A DNA stretch of 24,000 nucleotides from an uncultured Ilyobacter sp. (GCF_963668085.2 NZ_OY764057.2:1335980-1359979), one strand, 5' to 3'. Numbered from the stretch's first letter, positions 9,154-17,393 are shown. Numbers and translations are program-made. Notes: generated by a model not told the origin, from the sequence alone.

Positions 9154-10611
9154 TTACTCAACCATTTTCTTTATATCATTTGCGATAAACTGGGCTTTTG
9201 CTCCAAATATCGCCTGAACTCCGTTTTTACCAACCTTTAATACTCCAGCTGCCCCTAACTTCTTGAGCTCTTCTTCATTTACTGTACCGGTATCTTTCAC
9301 TTCCACTCTGAGTCTTGTGATACAAGCGTCAGTAGAAATTATATTTTCCTTTCCACCTAAAGCTGATATTACAAGAACTGCCACTTCATTTTCAGAAAGT
9401 TTTATCTCGCTGCCTACCTCTTCTTCCTCTTCTCTTCCTGGTGTCTTCAAGTTAAACTTCTTAATGAAGAATGTAAATAATATATAATAAACTACAAAGT
9501 ATATTGCCCCTACTACTATAACTAAATACCAAGGTGTTTTATTTGGTAGAACTCCAAAGGATATAAAGTCGATTAATCCTCCTGAGAATGTCATTCCTAT
9601 TCTTACATTTAATATGTTCATAAGCATGAAGGAAGTCGCTGCTAACACACAGTGTACTCCGTATAATACCGGTGCAACGAATAAAAATAAGAACTCAATA
9701 GGTTCTGTGATTCCTGTAAGGAATGATGTAAGTGCCGCAGAAAGCAGTATTCCTCCTGCTATCTTTTTCTTAGTTGGTTTTGCCTGTTTGTACATTGCAA
9801 GAGCCGCTCCAGGAAGTCCAAACATCATAAATGCAAACTTTCCTGTCATATATGCCCCTGTGCTTCCAAAATTAGCAACGTTGTCTTGAAGTTTCGCAAA
9901 GAATATAGCCTGGTCTCCTCTGAATACCTGACCCAAAGAGTTGGTCCACTCTCCGAATTCAAACCAAAACGGAGCATAGAATATGTGATGAAGACCAAAG
10001 GGTATAAGTGCTCTTTCAATTAATCCAAATACAAATGTTGAGAAAGCAGTTGGATTTTCTCCGATTACTGCAAGTGAGGCCAGTCCAACCTGAATTGGTT
10101 TCCATACATATGGAAATACAAGTCCTACAAAGAAAGATAAAAATGCAGTAGCTATAGGCACAAATCTTTTTCCAGAGAAAAACCCTAGGTAAGCTGGAAG
10201 TTCTATTTTATTAAATCTTTTATAGATCATAGCTCCGATTACCCCTGCAAGGATACCACCAAAGACTCCAGTTTGAAGTGTCGGTATACCCATAACCTGT
10301 GCGAATGCTTTATTTCCTAGCTCTATTTCTGCTGCTGCACCAGTGGTTACACCCATAACTGTATTCATAATAAGTAGGGACACTATAGCTGCAAGTCCTG
10401 CTACACCATCTCCACCAGCAAGTCCGATTGCTGATCCAACTGCAAACAATAATGGCAGGTTAGCAAATATGACTCCTCCTGCAGCTGCCATCAAGGTAGA
10501 ATCCAATACATTTGGTTGTCCAAAGGCAAGCAATAATCCTGCTGCAGGCAGTATGGCAACCGGTGTCATCAAAGCCTTACCTATCTTTTGTAATTGTGCA
10601 AATCCTTTCAT
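9154..10611 (-). CDS. PTS glucose-family transporter, fused EIIC-EIIB (sugar specificity not determinable)
   Basis: 485-aa ORF with the EIIC motif GITEPIEF and a C-terminal EIIB domain carrying the phospho-cysteine motif [11 protein letters not shown]. Confidence 0.9.
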   Translation of the reverse strand: MKGFAQLQKIGKALMTPVAILPAAGLLLAFGQPNVLDSTLMAAAGGVIFANLPLLFAVGSAIGLAGGDGVAGLAAIVSLLIMNTVMGVTTGAAAEIELGNKAFAQVMGIPTLQTGVFGGILAGVIGAMIYKRFNKIELPAYLGFFSGKRFVPIATAFLSFFVGLVFPYVWKPIQVGLASLAVIGENPTAFSTFVFGLIERALIPFGLHHIFYAPFWFEFGEWTNSLGQVFRGDQAIFFAKLQDNVANFGSTGAYMTGKFAFMMFGLPGAALAMYKQAKPTKKKIAGGILLSAALTSFLTGITEPIEFLFLFVAPVLYGVHCVLAATSFMLMNILNVRIGMTFSGGLIDFISFGVLPNKTPWYLVIVVGAIYFVVYYILFTFFIKKFNLKTPGREEEEEVGSEIKLSENEVAVLVISALGGKENIISTDACITRLRVEVKDTGTVNEEELKKLGAAGVLKVGKNGVQAIFGAKAQFIANDIKKMVE

Positions 10612-10620
10612 CTTTACCTC

Positions 10621-11121
10621 CTATTTATTTTTCATTTTAACTTTCATTAACAATTCTCCGACTTTTACATCTCCAGAAGCTACAACTTTTAACTCCTCTA
10701 CTTCGTCCATTGAATTTATTACTACAGGTGTAATTACAGACTTAGCATTCGCCTTTATAAATTCTAAGTCATATTTTACAAGCTCATCTCCTGGTTTTAC
10801 TTTGGTACCTGGTTTTCCAATTCTTTTGAAACCCTCCCCGCCAAGTTTTACAGTGTCTATACCAAAATGCACTATGAGTTCTAGACCTTTTTCTGTCTCA
10901 AAACTAACAGCATGATTAGTGTCAAAGATATCCACTTCACCAGCAACTGGGGAATAAACCGATCCTTCAACAGGATCTATGGCACATCCGTCACCTATCA
11001 TCTTTTGTGCAAAGGCTTCATCAGGAACCATTGAAATGTCTAAGACCTTTCCCTCTAAAGGAGAGTAGATCTCTAGCCACTCTTCCTCTTTTTTCTTTTT
11101 TAAAAAATCAAATAAGCCCAT
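10621..11121 (-). CDS. crr: PTS glucose-family EIIA component (Crr-like)
   Basis: 166-aa ORF that aligns by eye along its whole length to E. coli Crr. Active-site histidine motifs are present (FDTNHAV... and VHFGIDTVKLGGEGF). A 9-nt gap with GGAGGT separates it from the EIICB gene. Confidence 0.9.
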   Translation of the reverse strand: MGLFDFLKKKKEEEWLEIYSPLEGKVLDISMVPDEAFAQKMIGDGCAIDPVEGSVYSPVAGEVDIFDTNHAVSFETEKGLELIVHFGIDTVKLGGEGFKRIGKPGTKVKPGDELVKYDLEFIKANAKSVITPVVINSMDEVEELKVVASGDVKVGELLMKVKMKNK

Positions 11122-11367
11122 ATTAGTTCTCCTTTCTTTATTTTAAAATTTTTATTAAAAATTGTTGCCTACAAACTATATTCTGTACAATATAGAGTAT
11201 TCATTCAAACAAAATAAAAATAATTTTCTCAAAATTTGATCTAGTTTTTTGAGCCATATTTTTTTGTTCCTGTTTTAAAGTTTGTTTTATATTTGCTTTA
11301 TATGTTTCATTTCAATCTTTATTATCCTTCTTTCGTTATATTAACATAATATCTCCCAAAAGATTTT

Positions 11368-12651
11368 TTGTCAATATTTTTTTCAAAAAAAATGAGCCTT
11401 TTTTCAAGTTATAATTTATTTAAAAATAATAATACTATGTTTCGGAGTTTGACTTTTTTTAATAAAAATAGTAGTATCATATTAAGTTTTATAAAGGAAA
11501 GGGGTATAAATTTGGGATCTAAAAAGGGACTTTCTAAAGAAAGATATGAGATCATAGAGCCTTTTTTAAAAAAGGAAAAAAAGCTCAAAGATATAGAAAA
11601 TGAAAAAAATATATCCTATGCTACTCTGAAAAGATGGGTAAAAGCATACAAGGAGAACGGTATAGAAGGGCTCATAAAAAAAGAAAGAAAAGATAAAAAC
11701 CAGTATAGAAGCCTAGATGAAAAAACCTATGAATTTATAAAAGAATCTTACAAAGAAAATCCAGATATAAAAATAAGCAGTCTTTATGAAAAATGCTGTA
11801 AATTTATAAAAACTTTTAGCGATAAAAGCATAAGTTATCACACTGTTTATAGAGCTGTAAATAATCTAGACGATTTTGTAAAAGATCACGCCTCTATAAA
11901 CATAGAAAAAATTAAAAAGAAACACCAGGCCTATAGAATTGTCCAAACGGCCTTAGATATAAAAATAAGAGATTTTCGGCAAAACTCCATGAAGAAACCC
12001 TATCTGTATCTGGTATACGATGTCTCAACTAATGATATTTTAAATTATTACCTAAGTTTCTCCAAACTAGACCTTAAAAAATCAACTGCTCTTTTAAGGG
12101 ACACAATTATAAAAAATTATAAGTCTGTTGAAAATTTCTTTATAAAACCTCAAAATCTTCTAATAGACTCCTTTGATATAAAAAACAAGAGAAAGGTAGA
12201 GCAGATAAAAGAAACCTTGGATATAAAAATAGAAAATTATTATGAACCGAATAAGGAGATGGAAAGATTTATCAATTTTCTAAAGTCAGATTTGACAAAC
12301 CTATTGAAAGAAACACATTTCAGCAACTCTTTGCTAGAGCTAGACAGGATTCTCTACTCCTATATTTTTATGAATAATATTAAAAATTTAAATGATGAGA
12401 ACCCATTTTCTTCTTCGGGGATTTTAAAAGACATAGATAAGTTGGATATTTTGTTAGGAAGTGCCAAGAGAAAAGTTCAAGAATATGGAATACGATTCAG
12501 AAATGGCATCTATCGAAGTCCAGATTTAAAAAAACATACGGGAAACATTTTAGAGATAAAATATAATGTTAACGACCCGAAAGAAATAAAAGTTTATTTT
12601 AAGGGAAATTTTTTATGTATGGCATATCTTTCTGCAAACGAAAGTTTTTAG
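11368..12651 (+). CDS. Degenerate MuA/TnsB/TniA-like transposase homologue (HTH + rve-like core + Mu-transposase C-terminal-like domain); likely catalytically dead or domesticated
   Basis: N-terminal HTH pattern typical of this family: SKERYEIIEPFL...ISYATLKRWVKAYKENGIEGL. Core-like segments are KPYLYLVYDVSTNDILNYYLS and PQNLLIDSFD...EPNKEMERFINFL. The C-terminal segment RKVQEYGIRFRNGIYRSPDL...LEIKYNVNDPKEIKVYF resembles the Mu transposase C-terminal domain. The true start is probably TTG 11512, because the first 48 codons of the track ORF are low-complexity and lie upstream of the predicted promoter. Confidence 0.6.
   Translation: MSIFFSKKMSLFSSYNLFKNNNTMFRSLTFFNKNSSIILSFIKERGINLGSKKGLSKERYEIIEPFLKKEKKLKDIENEKNISYATLKRWVKAYKENGIEGLIKKERKDKNQYRSLDEKTYEFIKESYKENPDIKISSLYEKCCKFIKTFSDKSISYHTVYRAVNNLDDFVKDHASINIEKIKKKHQAYRIVQTALDIKIRDFRQNSMKKPYLYLVYDVSTNDILNYYLSFSKLDLKKSTALLRDTIIKNYKSVENFFIKPQNLLIDSFDIKNKRKVEQIKETLDIKIENYYEPNKEMERFINFLKSDLTNLLKETHFSNSLLELDRILYSYIFMNNIKNLNDENPFSSSGILKDIDKLDILLGSAKRKVQEYGIRFRNGIYRSPDLKKHTGNILEIKYNVNDPKEIKVYFKGNFLCMAYLSANESF
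11449..11477 (+). promoter_or_regulatory. Candidate promoter for the transposase-like gene
   Basis: TTGACT (11449-11454), a 17-nt spacer, then TAGTAT (11472-11477). It is followed by AAAGGAAAGGGG and an in-frame TTG at 11512. Confidence 0.35.
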
Positions 12652-12658
12652 TTACAGC

Positions 12659-12687
12659 AAAAAAGGGTCGCATAAGCGACCCTTTTT
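12659..12687. terminator. Bidirectional rho-independent terminator
   Basis: AAAAAA-GGGTCGC-ATAA-GCGACCC-TTTTT, a perfect stem flanked by A and T runs, sits between the convergent transposase-like gene and the EIIA paralogue. Confidence 0.85.
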
Positions 12688-12699
12688 CTATTTACTCTC

Positions 12700-13209
12700 T
12701 CAAGCATTATTTTTTTTCATTTTTATCTTCATTAGAAGGTCTCCAGCCTTTATCTCTCCTCTAGCTAAAACCTCTATACTCTCCACATCATCCATAGACG
12801 TTATTATTATAGGGCTTATGGCTGACTTGGCATTCTCCCTTATAAAATCTAGGTCATACTTTACAAGCTCATCTCCTATGTGAACAAGACTCCCAGGTTC
12901 TCCCAACCTTTCAAATCCAGCACCACCCAGGTCCACCGTATCTATCCCTAGATGCACTATGATTTCTAAGCCGTTTTCCATCTCAAAGGTCACTGCATGA
13001 TTGGTATCAAAAATATCAACCTCTCCCTCTACAGGAGCAAAGACAGAACCTTCTGAAGGATCTATGGCACATCCATCCCCTATCATCTTTTTTGAGAAAG
13101 CCTCGTCAGGAACAGCCTCTAGACCCATCACTTTTCCACTTATAGGAGAGTATACCTTTACATACTCACAATTTTTCCTGTTTTTTTTTAATAATTCAAA
13201 TATTCCCAT
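12700..13209 (-). CDS. PTS glucose-family EIIA component, second (orphan) paralogue
   Basis: 169-aa ORF, colinear with the EIIA at 10621..11121 and sharing most residues by eye. It has the same His motifs (FDTNHAV, VHLGIDTVDLGGAGF). No EIIB or EIIC gene is adjacent. Confidence 0.88.
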   Translation of the reverse strand: MGIFELLKKNRKNCEYVKVYSPISGKVMGLEAVPDEAFSKKMIGDGCAIDPSEGSVFAPVEGEVDIFDTNHAVTFEMENGLEIIVHLGIDTVDLGGAGFERLGEPGSLVHIGDELVKYDLDFIRENAKSAISPIIITSMDDVESIEVLARGEIKAGDLLMKIKMKKNNA

Positions 13210-13291
13210 AAATTCACCTCATCTATAAGCTACTCCTATTATATTATCCCAAGCTTCAAATAAAAACAAGCATGCAGATACTTTTTATTTT

Positions 13292-13328
13292 CCCATTAAA
13301 ATACCGGGATGCAGTTGCGTCCCGGTAT
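13292..13328 (-). terminator. Probable terminator after nrdJ
   Basis: The minus strand reads ATACCGGGA-CGCAACTGCA-TCCCGGTAT-TTTAAT, a 9-bp stem with a short U-tract. Confidence 0.5.
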
Positions 13329-13335
13329 AGATTAT

Positions 13336-15588
13336 TTATTCACACTTGGAGTAGCCACAACTTCTGCAAGAATAGCATCCTCCTGATATCTCAAGTTCTT
13401 CCCCGCATTCTGGGCATTTCACCTTGTTCATATCTGTATAACCCTTTTCTCTCTCTAGCTCTTGTTTTTCCCTTTTGGCCTTTCTTGCCTGGGCTTTTTC
13501 ATAATCGTTTAAGCCCATCTCTTTTTCAAATTCCTTTAAAAGATAAAGTATCGCAAGCGGGCATGTATTCCCCTTTGTTAACTCCTCTCCCTTTCCTTTT
13601 GCAAGGGCAAAGGACGGACATCCACTTATACCCTCTATAGATCTTTCCATCATAAAGAGGTTTCCACCTAATCTCAGCATGGCAGACATATATATTGCCA
13701 CCGCCTGGATATTCTTCTCGCATCCACCCTGACCACTTCTTATAACGTATATATCCTGGATAGACTTTGCACTAGGAGAATAACCTATCATTACTTTTAG
13801 TTTCCCACAACCTATTTTTAGAGCTTTAGGATAGTATATCGTATCCTCCTCTATAGGTTTCATCTCTCCTCTTGGAAGTTCAAGAGTCTTAGGCTCACTT
13901 TTTACAGATAAAATACCTTCTCTTGCACATCCAGCCCTGTAAATTGTCATTCCCTTTAAGCCTTGTTTCCAGGCTTCCATATAGAGATCTTCCACCTCTT
14001 CTATAGAGGTCTTATGAACTAGATTTATGGTAGAAGATATGCTGGCATCTATCCTTCTCTGCCAGATTCCCTGCATCTTTATCCTGTCAAAGGGATTTAG
14101 ATTTTGAGCAGTGACAAAATAATCAGGAAGGTAGTTTTCATCCTCTATACCATTTTCATCCATATAATCCTTGGCTATAGGGGTGAACACCTTGTAAAAT
14201 ACATCCTCTCCGTGAAGACTCTCGGTTTTTCTGGTATAAAAAAATGCAAAATTCGGCTCTATTCCCGTACTTGTTCTGAGCATCGTCCCTATTGACCCAG
14301 TAGGTGCTATAGTTAGAAGCTGTGAATTCCTCAAACCATATTTTTCTATAAGTTCTATTGTTTCATCACTGGCATTATCCTTTAGAAAAGGTGAGGCAAG
14401 AACCTTGTCCTTTTTGTATTTCGGAAAACTTCCCTGTTCTTTTGCCAATAGTGCACTGGCTCTCAATGCATTGTCCACGATTGTTTTAGAAACTTTGTCA
14501 CAAAACTCAAGGGATTCAGGGGAACCATATTTTAACTTCATATTTATAAGAAGATCCCCTAGTCCTAGTATCCCCAGACCTATCTGTCTCCAGTCTCTTA
14601 CAGAGTCTCTCTGCTCCTCTAGCGGATGTAGAGGAAGTCCTTCATCAAGTACATCATTTAAAGCCTTTACTCCGTCTCTCACCCTCTCGGCAAGTCTTTC
14701 AAAATTAAAAACTTCTCCCTCTATAAAACTTGGCAGAACGATGGATCCTAGTAGACAGCTTCCACCTGGAGGAAGTGGTTCTTCTGCACATGGGTTGGTT
14801 CCTGCATATTCAAACTCCTCATCCTCACTTAAAAGGTTCCAGTTTGATATTGTATCCCAAAACAGCACTCCCGGTTCTGCGAAATTCCAGTTTTGCCTGG
14901 CAAGTTCTTTAAATAAAAGCCTTGCGTTGACTTTTTTGGTTATTGTCTCTCCTGTATCCCCTACAATAAATTCAGTCTTAAACATATCGCCTTTTTCCAC
15001 AGCCTTCATAAACTCATCATTTATTCTCACTGATATATTGGCTTTTTGAATTTTATTTAGGTCCGACTTTACTTTTATAAAATCTTCCACGTCAGGATGA
15101 TTTACATCTATAGAAAGCATAAGGGCTCCTCTTCTTCCTTTCTGCCCTATTATATCTGTGGTAAGGTTGTAGAGGTCCATAAAAGAAACGGCTCCTGTAG
15201 TATGTTTAGCTGAGTTGTTTACCTCAGATCCCTTTGGCCTTAGATTTGAGATATCCACTCCACAGCCTCCACCATAGGAAAAGGTCCTTGCAAGTTTTTT
15301 TGCAGTTTCAAATATAGACTCGATGTTGTCATCAGGAGGTGTTATCACATAACAATTAGAATAAGTTATCTTTTTACCCACCTTATGAAGGCCCCTGTTA
15401 GAAAGAATCCTTCCAGCAAATATAAACTCTTTCTTCCATATCATCTCTTTGACTTTAGGGTCTCCTCCAGCCACTCTGTCTAACCACTGGACAAAAGTTT
15501 CTCCGTCAAATTTATATTTTTTCTCCCATATATCTATCCCCAGAGTATTGTCCTCTCCTAACCACTCTTTTATATTTAAAACATCCAT
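13336..15588 (-). CDS. nrdJ: Adenosylcobalamin-dependent (class II) ribonucleotide reductase
   Basis: 750-aa ORF with the active-site region GTNPCAEEPLPPGGSCLLGS and an RNR barrel throughout. A C-terminal CPECG...CYSCRSCG zinc-ribbon tail is present. Confidence 0.9.
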   Translation of the reverse strand: MDVLNIKEWLGEDNTLGIDIWEKKYKFDGETFVQWLDRVAGGDPKVKEMIWKKEFIFAGRILSNRGLHKVGKKITYSNCYVITPPDDNIESIFETAKKLARTFSYGGGCGVDISNLRPKGSEVNNSAKHTTGAVSFMDLYNLTTDIIGQKGRRGALMLSIDVNHPDVEDFIKVKSDLNKIQKANISVRINDEFMKAVEKGDMFKTEFIVGDTGETITKKVNARLLFKELARQNWNFAEPGVLFWDTISNWNLLSEDEEFEYAGTNPCAEEPLPPGGSCLLGSIVLPSFIEGEVFNFERLAERVRDGVKALNDVLDEGLPLHPLEEQRDSVRDWRQIGLGILGLGDLLINMKLKYGSPESLEFCDKVSKTIVDNALRASALLAKEQGSFPKYKKDKVLASPFLKDNASDETIELIEKYGLRNSQLLTIAPTGSIGTMLRTSTGIEPNFAFFYTRKTESLHGEDVFYKVFTPIAKDYMDENGIEDENYLPDYFVTAQNLNPFDRIKMQGIWQRRIDASISSTINLVHKTSIEEVEDLYMEAWKQGLKGMTIYRAGCAREGILSVKSEPKTLELPRGEMKPIEEDTIYYPKALKIGCGKLKVMIGYSPSAKSIQDIYVIRSGQGGCEKNIQAVAIYMSAMLRLGGNLFMMERSIEGISGCPSFALAKGKGEELTKGNTCPLAILYLLKEFEKEMGLNDYEKAQARKAKREKQELEREKGYTDMNKVKCPECGEELEISGGCYSCRSCGYSKCE

Positions 15589-15598
15589 AATTTCTTCA

Positions 15599-15614
15599 TC
15601 ACCCCATATTGTAT
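15599..15614. promoter_or_regulatory. NrdR-box-like site 1 (half-palindrome good)
   Basis: TCACCCCATATTGTAT compared with the published NrdR box consensus acaCwAtATaTwGtgt. The right half matches well and the left half is poor. The site overlaps the nrdJ RBS (GGGGTGA on the minus strand). Confidence 0.4.
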
Positions 15615-15629
15615 TTTTTTAATTTGATC

Positions 15630-15645
15630 ACACTATATATTGTAC
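15630..15645. promoter_or_regulatory. NrdR-box-like site 2
   Basis: ACACTATATATTGTAC matches about 14 of 16 positions of the NrdR box consensus. It is 31 bp centre-to-centre from site 1, which is the spacing typical of tandem NrdR boxes. Confidence 0.55.
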
Positions 15646-15655
15646 CTCACAAGTA

Positions 15656-15683
15656 ATTTTACCCTACTTTTTATTTTTTTCAA
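15656..15683 (-). promoter_or_regulatory. Candidate nrdJ promoter
   Basis: The minus strand reads TTGAAA (15683-15678), a 16-nt spacer, then TAAAAT (15661-15656). NrdR-like box 2 begins about 10 nt downstream of the -10. Confidence 0.4.
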
Positions 15684-15849
15684 GTTAATTTTTTTCATTC
15701 ACTTTTCAACAAGCCATTTTACTCTGTTTATTTAAAAAAATTTTTAGATGGCTTGCGTGTTATCTTTCAAGAATTTATTTTTTCTCTTTACTCATTGACT
15801 GTTTTAGGTGTAATATATATGCAACTATTTATATTTTTTGGAGGTATCA

Positions 15850-16878
15850 ATGCGTCAGGTTAGCTACAAAGAAATACTCAATGAAAAAAATTATATTCTT
15901 ATTGATGTCCGTACTCCAAAAGAGTATGCTGCAGAAACAATTCCAGGATCGATTAATATCCCTGTCTTACTTGACAATGAAAGAGTAGAAGTAGGGACAG
16001 CGTATAAACAAATTTCAAAAGAAAAGGCAAAAGAACTAGGGGTAGAATTTATATCCAAACGTCTACCTGAGGTTTTTCAAGAGATAAATAACCTTAATAA
16101 AAAATACAAGAAGCTGGTATTTTTATGTGCCAGAGGAGGTATGAGAAGTGGCAGCATGACCTCCTTATTCTCTTCACTAGGATATAAATGCTCAAAGCTC
16201 ACAGACGGATACAAGGGATACAGAAAATTCATATCTGAAGATCTCATTCGTGTGAACTCAGGTATAAAATATATTGTCCTTCACGGCAGAACCGGAGTAG
16301 GAAAAACCAAAGTACTACAGCAGTTGGAAGCTAAAGGTTACAGCGTTCTCGATCTTGAAAAATACGCCGACCATAAGGGGTCTATTTTTGGAGCCATTGG
16401 TGAAAAAAGAAAACAGAGTCAAAAGAGGTTTGAATCACTTATCTATGAGCATCTTCGAGAAAACCAGCATAACTATGTCTTGGTCGAAAGTGAAAGCAAA
16501 AGAATTGGTGATGTCTATCTTCCTGATACTATCTCAGATTCAATGAAAGATGGTCTTCATCTTTTTTTAGATACCTCACTTGATCACAGAGTAAAAATCC
16601 TCATGGAAGATTATGCCGACGCTTCAGAAGAATCTATCCTAAATTGCATAAATTTTCTTAAAAAATATTTAGGAAAAGAAAAAACAGAAAATTACTCTGA
16701 GCTTACCAAAAGCAAAAACTACGCCCAGTTGGCCGGTGAACTTGTAGTAGATTATTATGACCCATTATATGAAAAAAGCATAAAAAAATGGGAGTATGAG
16801 AATACAATCAACTACGAAAGTGTCGATGAAGGAGTTCAAGGTGTAATTGATTTCTTAGATACTACGGATTTTTCATAG
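15850..16878 (+). CDS. selU: tRNA 2-selenouridine synthase (rhodanese + P-loop)
   Basis: N-terminal rhodanese domain with the active-site motif CARGGMRS, followed by P-loop HGRTGVGKT. The track ORF starts at TTG 15838. ATG 15850 (MRQVSYKE...), 5 nt after GGAGG (15840-15844), is the more likely start. Confidence 0.85.
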   Translation: MRQVSYKEILNEKNYILIDVRTPKEYAAETIPGSINIPVLLDNERVEVGTAYKQISKEKAKELGVEFISKRLPEVFQEINNLNKKYKKLVFLCARGGMRSGSMTSLFSSLGYKCSKLTDGYKGYRKFISEDLIRVNSGIKYIVLHGRTGVGKTKVLQQLEAKGYSVLDLEKYADHKGSIFGAIGEKRKQSQKRFESLIYEHLRENQHNYVLVESESKRIGDVYLPDTISDSMKDGLHLFLDTSLDHRVKILMEDYADASEESILNCINFLKKYLGKEKTENYSELTKSKNYAQLAGELVVDYYDPLYEKSIKKWEYENTINYESVDEGVQGVIDFLDTTDFS

Positions 16879-16920
16879 CCCTTCCATTTCCTATTTCATC
16901 AAAGAAATTTAATCAGTTCG

Positions 16921-16963
16921 AAAAGAGACCTGTTCAAAAAACTTTTGAAAGGCTCTTTTTTTT
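16921..16963 (+). terminator. Rho-independent terminator after selU
   Basis: AAAAGAG(A)CCT-G-TTCAAAA-aac-TTTTGAA-AGGCTCTTTT followed by TTTT, a long hairpin with a T-run. Confidence 0.7.
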
Positions 16964-16994
16964 ATAAGCTTTGAATTAAATTATTGAATTTATC

Positions 16995-17345
16995 GAATTC
17001 GTTACTTTTCTCTTGAAAGAAAAGTAACCAAAAGTTCAAGCCTGTGAAAAATCAGCTAAATAACCTTCGGAAATCCAAGTAAAAACTCAAAACTCGCTAC
17101 GCTCAGACAGTCGATTTTTTCTAAGAGATTTCACTGCAGTTATTCTTAACGCTGATTTTGTCAATAGCCAGAAGAATTTCAAAAGATTTAAAGAAAACCT
17201 CATCGCAAGATTTTAAATTCCCGTATCTAAAAGTTTTCGTCTTAACTCTGTGAAACTCTCACTTTTTCTCTGTGCCCTCTGTGGTCAATAAAGGTTAGTT
17301 CATTCGTGTTAATTTTTTTGTCTTTTATCGGTCTTCATTCGTGAC
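16995..17345. repeat. Non-coding structured or repeat-like element (nested inverted repeats plus short direct repeats)
   Basis: Perfect hairpin GTTACTTTTCT-cttgaa-AGAAAAGTAAC (17001-17028). Imperfect long inverted repeat with arms about 17045-17075 and 17127-17162 (AAAAATCAGC...GGAAATC // GATTTC...GCTGATTTT). CTCTGTG occurs three times (17246, 17268, 17277). TTCATTCGTG occurs twice (17299, 17334). No ORF is present. Confidence 0.45.
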
Positions 17346-17393
17346 AAAATCTTTTGACTCTAATATTCTTGTAAATTCAGTAATTTATTCAGA

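Noticed and set aside
11368-11511. The 48-codon N-terminal extension (MSIFFSKKMSLFSSYNLFKNNNTMFRSLTFFNKNSSIILSFIKERGIN) of the transposase-like ORF.
   Set aside because: It is low-complexity translation of AT-rich intergenic DNA and lies upstream of, or overlapping, a good TTGACT-17-TAGTAT promoter. The recognisable HTH domain starts right after the TTG at 11512, which has an upstream purine-rich RBS. The 11368 start is kept in the feature span only because the true start is unproven.
11122-13335. Searched for terminal inverted repeats, Tn7- or Mu-like TGT...ACA ends, or target-site duplications that would define a mobile element around the transposase-like gene, possibly carrying the second EIIA.
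   Set aside because: Only weak AT-rich similarities were seen, for example TGTTGCCTACAAAC at 11163 against the reverse complement of the 12650 region. Nothing rose above what is expected by chance, so no mobile-element boundaries are claimed.
15589-15849. A cobalamin riboswitch upstream of the B12-dependent nrdJ.
   Set aside because: The predicted 5' UTR is under 70 nt. The region shows no B12-box-like conserved core or multi-stem structure, and it is largely taken up by promoter and NrdR-box-like elements.
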